64,000 nucleotides of DNA, taken from NCBI GenBank assembly GCA_964390305.1, contig CAYMHT010000002.1, positions 27,212 through 91,211 of the forward strand. Reading direction: 5' to 3'. Both the position numbers and the translations under genes were made by a program. Source of the DNA: an uncultured Anaerolineales bacterium. GTDB taxonomy: Bacteria; Chloroflexota; Anaerolineae; B4-G1. Positions 59,393-64,000 of the stretch are shown here, piece by piece (position 1 is the first letter of the stretch; every line of letters begins with the position of its first letter). The notes beneath the pieces were generated by a model that worked only from the letters and a program-made list of their open reading frames with translations, did no database searches and was not told the origin of the DNA.

Positions 59393-60371
59393 CCTGTTCT
59401 GGGCCAGGTGCCTGGACGAAGAACCGACCATTCGCCTGGGAGTGAGCACGTGCCTGATGGGGGAGAACGTCCGCTACGACGGCGGACACAAACGGGACCC
59501 CTTTCTGATCGAAACCCTCGGCCAGTTCGTCGAGTGGGTGCCCGTCTGTCCCGAGGTGGAGATTGGCCTACCCATTCCTCGGGAGGCGATGCATCTGCAG
59601 GGCGACCCCGACGCCCCTCGCCTGGTGACCATCCGGACCGGCAAGGACTACACGGAGCGCATGCGGACATGGGCCAGAGAGCGACTCGACGAGCTCGCTG
59701 AGGCCAATCTGCACGGCTTCGTCTTCAAGAGCCGATCCCCCAGCTCCGGCCTCTATCGGGTCAAGGTCTACGACCAGCATGGCATGCCCAGCCGCGTCGG
59801 CACCGGGATCTTCCCCAGCGAGGTCATGCGCCGCTTCCCCCTGCTCCCTCTGGAGGAGGATGGGCGTCTCCACGATATGGGCCTCAGGGAGAACTTCATC
59901 GAGCGACTCTTCGTCTACTACCGCTGGACCTGTATGCTCCAAGAGCGCCCCGCGCCCGGTGGCCTTGTCGCGTTCCATACGGCACACAAACTGACCATGA
60001 TGGCGCATAGCCCGCAACATTACCAGAAGATGGGCCGCTTGGTCGCCGATGCGGGCACCCTACCCTGGCCCGAGCTTCGGAGCCGCTACGGGCAACTCCT
60101 CATGGAGGGACTGGAGGTAATGGCTACCACGGGGCGACATGTCAACGTGCTGCAACACCTGATGGGCTTCCTCAAGGAGTTCCTCTCTAAGGACGACAAG
60201 GCCGAGCTCCTCGGTCTCATCAGCGATTACCAGGATGGTCTGGTTCCCCTCATCGTCCCCCTGACCTTGCTGAAGCATCACCTGAGCCGCTATCCGGTGG
60301 CCCACTGGGTCCATCAGCAGGTCTACCTCAAGCCCTACCCCAAGGAGCTCATGCTCCGCAACCACGTATAG
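59385..60371 (+). CDS. DUF523 (TudS-like Fe-S thiouracil desulfidase fold) fused to DUF1722 (YbgA-like) protein
   Basis: N-terminal DUF523 pattern (IRLGVSTCLMGENVRYDGGHKRDPF...WVPVCPEVEIGLPIPRE); C-terminal YbgA/DUF1722 helical domain. Confidence 0.7.
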   Translation: MSSLFWARCLDEEPTIRLGVSTCLMGENVRYDGGHKRDPFLIETLGQFVEWVPVCPEVEIGLPIPREAMHLQGDPDAPRLVTIRTGKDYTERMRTWARERLDELAEANLHGFVFKSRSPSSGLYRVKVYDQHGMPSRVGTGIFPSEVMRRFPLLPLEEDGRLHDMGLRENFIERLFVYYRWTCMLQERPAPGGLVAFHTAHKLTMMAHSPQHYQKMGRLVADAGTLPWPELRSRYGQLLMEGLEVMATTGRHVNVLQHLMGFLKEFLSKDDKAELLGLISDYQDGLVPLIVPLTLLKHHLSRYPVAHWVHQQVYLKPYPKELMLRNHV

Positions 60372-60384
60372 GGCACGGTCCGCG

Positions 60385-60714
60385 ATGAGGATCTGGGACG
60401 TTCCGCCGGAGAAGCTCTGCCGTAATCATCTCCTTGGCGAGCATAGCGAGCTCCACGCCGTCTGGTCCATCCTGACCCAGGGCAAGAAGGGCTACGCAAA
60501 TCATCCGGAGGTCCTGCGTTGGAAGGGAAAGCTCAAAGCGCTCTATCGGAAACACGAGCAGATTGTCGCCGAGATGCAACGGCGCGGCTACCGCCACCGG
60601 AGCCCCCTCGACCCCGCCCTAGCCACCGGCGCCGCTCACCAGGACGAGCTCGTCGACTCCCTCGAGAAGCAGGCTCAAATCCTCAGGCAGAAAGGCTGCG
60701 GCTGCCACGTCTGA
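60385..60714 (+). CDS. pyrimidine-dimer DNA glycosylase (T4 endonuclease V / Pyr_excise family)
   Basis: MRIWDVPPEKLCRNHLLGEHSELHAVW matches the N-terminal catalytic region of T4 endoV (QHLMAEYRELPRV). Confidence 0.7.
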   Translation: MRIWDVPPEKLCRNHLLGEHSELHAVWSILTQGKKGYANHPEVLRWKGKLKALYRKHEQIVAEMQRRGYRHRSPLDPALATGAAHQDELVDSLEKQAQILRQKGCGCHV

Positions 60715-60917
60715 CCGACCCACCCTAGCTGGGCCGTGATCCTGATCTTGTCCTGAGAGCAGTACGTATAACGCCACGGGCGCGCCACATCATCCCAGGT
60801 GTGGGTCGCCCTTCCATAGCCGACGATTCCTCACTATGGCCGCCTCCACTTGACCTATCCCGCGCACCGTGTATAATATCTCCACTGTCTCGAACAACAA
60901 CTGCATACAAGGCCTGT

Positions 60918-61055
60918 TCTCCGACCCAGCCCCCTAACGAGAGCCAAGACGCGATCTATGGGAGCTGGGCGATAGGGCTTGGCTGGAAACGGCCAACGTC
61001 TCGTGGACGACGACGTCGTCCCGAGACCGCGCCTCCCGCGTTTGGAAAGGAGAAT
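60918..61055 (+). ncRNA. Moco-riboswitch-like element, copy 1 (contains an extra internal hairpin); its 3' end carries AAGGAG-ATG of a 28-codon uORF
   Basis: Conserved blocks UCUCCGACCCAG...CUGGGCG.UAGGG...GGCUGGAAACGGCC...GCCUCCCGCGUUUGGAAAGGAG; internal hairpin GUCUCGUGGACGACGACGUCGUCCCGAGAC. Confidence 0.55.
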
Positions 61056-61140
61056 GGACGACAGAAAGTCGACACACCGGCGTCCACTTCTTTCCAGTGG
61101 GCGCCGGTTTCTGTGTTCAGGTCTCACAAGAGAAGTCTGA

Positions 61141-61232
61141 TCTCCGACCCAGGCCCCTAAAGGCTGGTCCCAAGGGTCCTGGGCGTTAGGGTGAGGCTGG
61201 AAACGGCCCCGCCTCCCGCGTCTGGAAAGGGG
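61141..61232 (+). ncRNA. Moco/Tuco-riboswitch-like element, copy 2 (lacks the extra hairpin)
   Basis: Same conserved blocks as copy 1 (UCUCCGACCCAGG..., GGCUGGAAACGGCC, CGCCUCCCGCGUCUGGAAAGG) minus the 36-nt hairpin; begins right after the uORF stop. Confidence 0.55.
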
Positions 61233-61400
61233 ATCGATACACGTGGGTCTTCTTCTCACGTGACGTGCATCGCGGCCCTTCCGGCGCTTCTGGGTCGAAG
61301 GGAGGTGATGAACGTCGAGCCGAGGATGATGAACTGTCACGAAACTGCAAGGACACCGAATCACCGAGACCGTGACCGCATATCAAAGGAGAGAGACCCA

Positions 61401-62432
61401 ATGACTGCAAAGCACCTACTCTGGACGCTGACGGCCTTCATTTTCGTACTCGTCTCAGCAGCTGGCTGTACAGAGACCACGCCCGCACCCGCGCCGACAG
61501 CAGTGCCGGAATCATACACCGAATCAGAGCGGACCGAACTGGAGGGCAAACTGGTCATCTTCCACGCTGGCAGCCTTACGGTGCCGGTCGACGAACTGAC
61601 GGCAGCCTTCCAGGAGGTCCACCCTGACGCGAGGTTTGAGACCGAGGCCTCTGGCAGCAACGCAGCTGCCCGCAAGATTAGCGAGTTGGGCCGGGAAGCG
61701 GACCTGATGATGTCCGCCGACTACACCGTCATCTACGAGTTGCTGATTCCGGGCTTCGCGGACTGGAACGTGCGCTTCGCCCGGAACACGATGGTGATCG
61801 CGTACACTGATCAATCGCACTATGCCGGGGAGATCAACAGCGACAACTGGTACGAGATCCTCCTCCGGGACGGCGTCATCTACGGGCACTCCGAACCCGA
61901 CGCAGATCCTTGCGGCTATCGCACGCTGATGGTGTGGCAGCTGGCGGAGGCATACTACGACGAACCAGGACTATACGAAAGACTGGAGGCGAGTTGTCCG
62001 CCGGAGAACGTGCGCCCCAAGTCAGTGGAGCTGATCGCGCTGCTGGAGTCGGGCGATATGGATTACGCCTATGAATACCGCTCGGTCGCGGTGCAGCACG
62101 GGCTCAACTTCATCGAGCTCCCGGATGAGATCAACCTGAGCATGGTCGAGCACGCTGATTTCTACAGCCAGGCCAGTGTAGAGATCGCCGGCGCAGAACC
62201 GGGAGAGCAGATGACGATGGTAGGAAAGCCCATCGTCTACGGCGTGACCATCCCGAGCAACGCTCCCAGCCCCGATCTCGCCGAGGAATTTGTCAAGTTC
62301 CTCCTGGGCCCCGAAGGCCAGGCGATCATGGAAGACCAGGGCCAGCCACCCATCTTGCCACCGGTGTCCGGCGAGGTGGACAATCTGCCCGATGCGCTCA
62401 AGGGGATGGTTGAGTCCCCACCTCAGAGCTAG
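61401..62432 (+). CDS. molybdate/tungstate ABC transporter substrate-binding lipoprotein (ModA/WtpA family)
   Basis: Lipobox LVSAAGC; ModA/WtpA pattern (KLVIFHAGSL...EASGSNAAARKI...ADLMMSADYT); AAAGGAGAG RBS before ATG 61401. Confidence 0.8.
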   Translation: MTAKHLLWTLTAFIFVLVSAAGCTETTPAPAPTAVPESYTESERTELEGKLVIFHAGSLTVPVDELTAAFQEVHPDARFETEASGSNAAARKISELGREADLMMSADYTVIYELLIPGFADWNVRFARNTMVIAYTDQSHYAGEINSDNWYEILLRDGVIYGHSEPDADPCGYRTLMVWQLAEAYYDEPGLYERLEASCPPENVRPKSVELIALLESGDMDYAYEYRSVAVQHGLNFIELPDEINLSMVEHADFYSQASVEIAGAEPGEQMTMVGKPIVYGVTIPSNAPSPDLAEEFVKFLLGPEGQAIMEDQGQPPILPPVSGEVDNLPDALKGMVESPPQS

Positions 62433-62528
62433 AGGGGACAGAAGGATGACGGGGAGTGCGCAAGACGTGATGCGTGGAGCGAGTGAGACGCCTCCGCTTT
62501 GCGTCTCACTCGCTCCACTGGAGTCACC

Positions 62529-63338
62529 ATGAAGAACCTGGTCGCCAACCGCATGCAGGCACTCTTCACCGCTCTCGGCGGTCTGCTGATCTTCTTCATC
62601 GCTTGGCCGCTGCTGCGGACAGTGACCGGCGCCCAGCCGGGCATCATCTGGGAAACCCTGCTGGAGGGCGACGTAAGGCGCTCAATCCTGCTGACTTTCT
62701 ACAGTTCGGCCCTGGCGACGGTGATTGCCTTCTTCGGCGGCGTGCCGCTGGCCTACCTGTTGGCCCGCGTCGACTTCCCGGGCAAGCGGCTGATTGAGGG
62801 CATCGTCGACGTGCCCATCGTGGTGCCACACTCAGCGGCCGGTATCGCGCTGCTGATGACCTTCGGGCGCCAGTCCTTTCTGGGGAGGGTGTTCGGGCTA
62901 ATCGGGGTGAGGTTCGTCTCGAGCACACCAGGCATCATCATCGCTATGCTGTTCGTCAGCCTGCCCTTCCTGGTCGACTCCGCCCGGGAGGGCTTCGAGG
63001 GCGTGGATCCACGCCTGGAGCGGGTGGCGCGTACGTTGGGAGCCTCGCCCTGGCAGGCGTTCTGGCGCGTGTCGTTCCCGTTGGCGTGGCGCGGCATCCT
63101 ATCGGGTATGATCCTCATGTGGGCGCGGGGTCTGAGCGAGTTCGGCGCCGTGGTCATCCTGGCATATCACCCGATGATCGCGCCGGTGCTGCTCTATGAG
63201 CGTTTCGAGTCCTTCGGGCTGACGTATGCCCGCCCAGTGGCGACGCTCATCATCTTGATCTGCTTGCTCACGTTCGTGGTGCTGCGGCTGACGGCACAGG
63301 AGGATGGAGGGCGGGGGAGCAGGGGGCAAGGAGAATGA
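62529..63338 (+). CDS. molybdate/tungstate ABC transporter permease (ModB/WtpB-like)
   Basis: BPD permease EAA-type loop (VDSAREGFEGVDPRLERVARTLGASPWQAFWRVSFPLA). Confidence 0.8.
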   Translation: MKNLVANRMQALFTALGGLLIFFIAWPLLRTVTGAQPGIIWETLLEGDVRRSILLTFYSSALATVIAFFGGVPLAYLLARVDFPGKRLIEGIVDVPIVVPHSAAGIALLMTFGRQSFLGRVFGLIGVRFVSSTPGIIIAMLFVSLPFLVDSAREGFEGVDPRLERVARTLGASPWQAFWRVSFPLAWRGILSGMILMWARGLSEFGAVVILAYHPMIAPVLLYERFESFGLTYARPVATLIILICLLTFVVLRLTAQEDGGRGSRGQGE

Positions 63339-64000
63339 AGAGGAGGGGCAAGATTGCGATCAGGGATCTGTGGGTGGATCTGAGGGAGTTTCACCTGCGG
63401 GAGGTGAATCTCGATATCGCCCCTGGGGAGTACTTCGTGATACTGGGCCCCACCGGGGCAGGAAAGACGGTGCTGCTGGAGACCATCGCTGGCCTGTTCC
63501 AACCGCACAAAGGGAGCGTGTGGATAGATGGACAGATGGTCACAGACCTCCCGCCGGAGCGTCGAGGCATCGGCTTCGTCTATCAGGATTACGCGCTGTT
63601 CCCACACCTCAGCGTGGCCGAGAACATTGCCTTCGGCCTGGATCTCAAGCAAGGCCGGCCGGCGGAATCGGCGCGGCGATTCTTTAGACGTCTCCTGGAT
63701 CCCCTCGGATGGGCGGCCGGCGGAGACGGGGACGGGGGGGGACACGGCAACATCGGACACCGGGTTGAGGAGGTCAGCCAGCTGCTGAACATCGACCACC
63801 TGCATCACCGGGAACCCGAGACGCTCAGTGGGGGCGAGCAGCAGCGAGTGGCACTGGCACGGGCTCTGATGGTCGAGCCGCGAGTGCTGCTGCTGGACGA
63901 GCCGCTCAGCGCGCTGGACCCGCAGACGCGCGAGGGGTTGCAGCGGGAGCTGGCCCACGTGCACGAGGAACTGCGGACGACCACGCTCCACGTGACGCAC
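63335..64000 (+). CDS. molybdate/tungstate ABC transporter ATP-binding protein (ModC/WtpC-like), 3'-partial at window end, with Gly/Asp-rich insertion
   Basis: Open frame (not in the six-frame track; no stop before window end); ATGA overlap with permease; Walker A GPTGAGKT, signature LSGGEQQRVALARAL, Walker B LLLDEP. Confidence 0.8.
   Translation, partial: MKRRGKIAIRDLWVDLREFHLREVNLDIAPGEYFVILGPTGAGKTVLLETIAGLFQPHKGSVWIDGQMVTDLPPERRGIGFVYQDYALFPHLSVAENIAFGLDLKQGRPAESARRFFRRLLDPLGWAAGGDGDGGGHGNIGHRVEEVSQLLNIDHLHHREPETLSGGEQQRVALARALMVEPRVLLLDEPLSALDPQTREGLQRELAHVHEELRTTTLHVTH

Noticed and set aside
58109-59449. 446-aa ORF on minus strand
   Set aside because: Antisense to TruD, DUF1475 and start of the DUF523 gene; Arg/Pro/His-rich high-GC shadow translation with no homology; the plus-strand genes have clear family matches.
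61191-61400. In-frame upstream extension of the ModA/WtpA gene (including GGGAGGTGATG at 61298-61309)
   Set aside because: Extension would place a highly charged 31-70 aa segment before the lipoprotein signal peptide and would cover riboswitch copy 2; ATG 61401 with AAAGGAGAG RBS is preferred. The strong upstream SD-ATG is retained as an observation only.
63194-64000. 268-aa ORF on minus strand at window end
   Set aside because: Antisense to the well-supported ModB/ModC-like genes; composition typical of GC-rich antisense frames.

Overview
High-GC (~63%) bacterial chromosomal segment. It is densely coded and mostly housekeeping. No rRNA, CRISPR array, transposase or phage gene was seen. Gene content (archease-RtcB operon, TruD, bifunctional PGI/PMI, System I ccm, Stay-Green homolog, DUF11-containing giant S8 protease) suggests a Chloroflexota-like organism; this is inference only.

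Genes by position: two tandem membrane-anchored CtpA (S41) peptidases, smpB, an S1-domain protein, a large GT-C-like membrane protein, sucCD, hflX, a glutaminyl cyclase, archease-rtcB, fabF-plsX, two tRNA-Leu genes with near-consensus sigma70 promoters, der, cdaA-cdaR (c-di-AMP), a TPR protein, argF, and an atypical ccmEF-x-x-ABCD cytochrome c maturation operon with two embedded unknown genes. Next come a secreted clan GH-A hydrolase, four tandem DUF membrane proteins, two S8 proteases (one 1462 aa), a D-cysteine desulfhydrase-family enzyme, an OpuC-type osmoprotectant ABC transporter with a CBS-domain ATPase, and tig-clpP.

Most notable region 1: a CarH-type (Wx9EH, B12-binding) MerR photoregulator is translationally coupled to a Stay-Green (Mg-dechelatase) homolog, followed by two alpha/beta hydrolases. 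This looks like a light-controlled chlorophyll-type catabolic module.

Most notable region 2: a UV/light-associated gene set (DUF523-DUF1722 fusion plus a T4 endoV-like pyrimidine-dimer glycosylase).

Most notable region 3: a tandem pair of Moco/Tuco-riboswitch-like elements (one with an extra hairpin, one without) upstream of a ModA/WtpA-type molybdate/tungstate ABC transporter.

The six-frame track labels GTG/TTG starts as M; several starts were re-set from the sequence.
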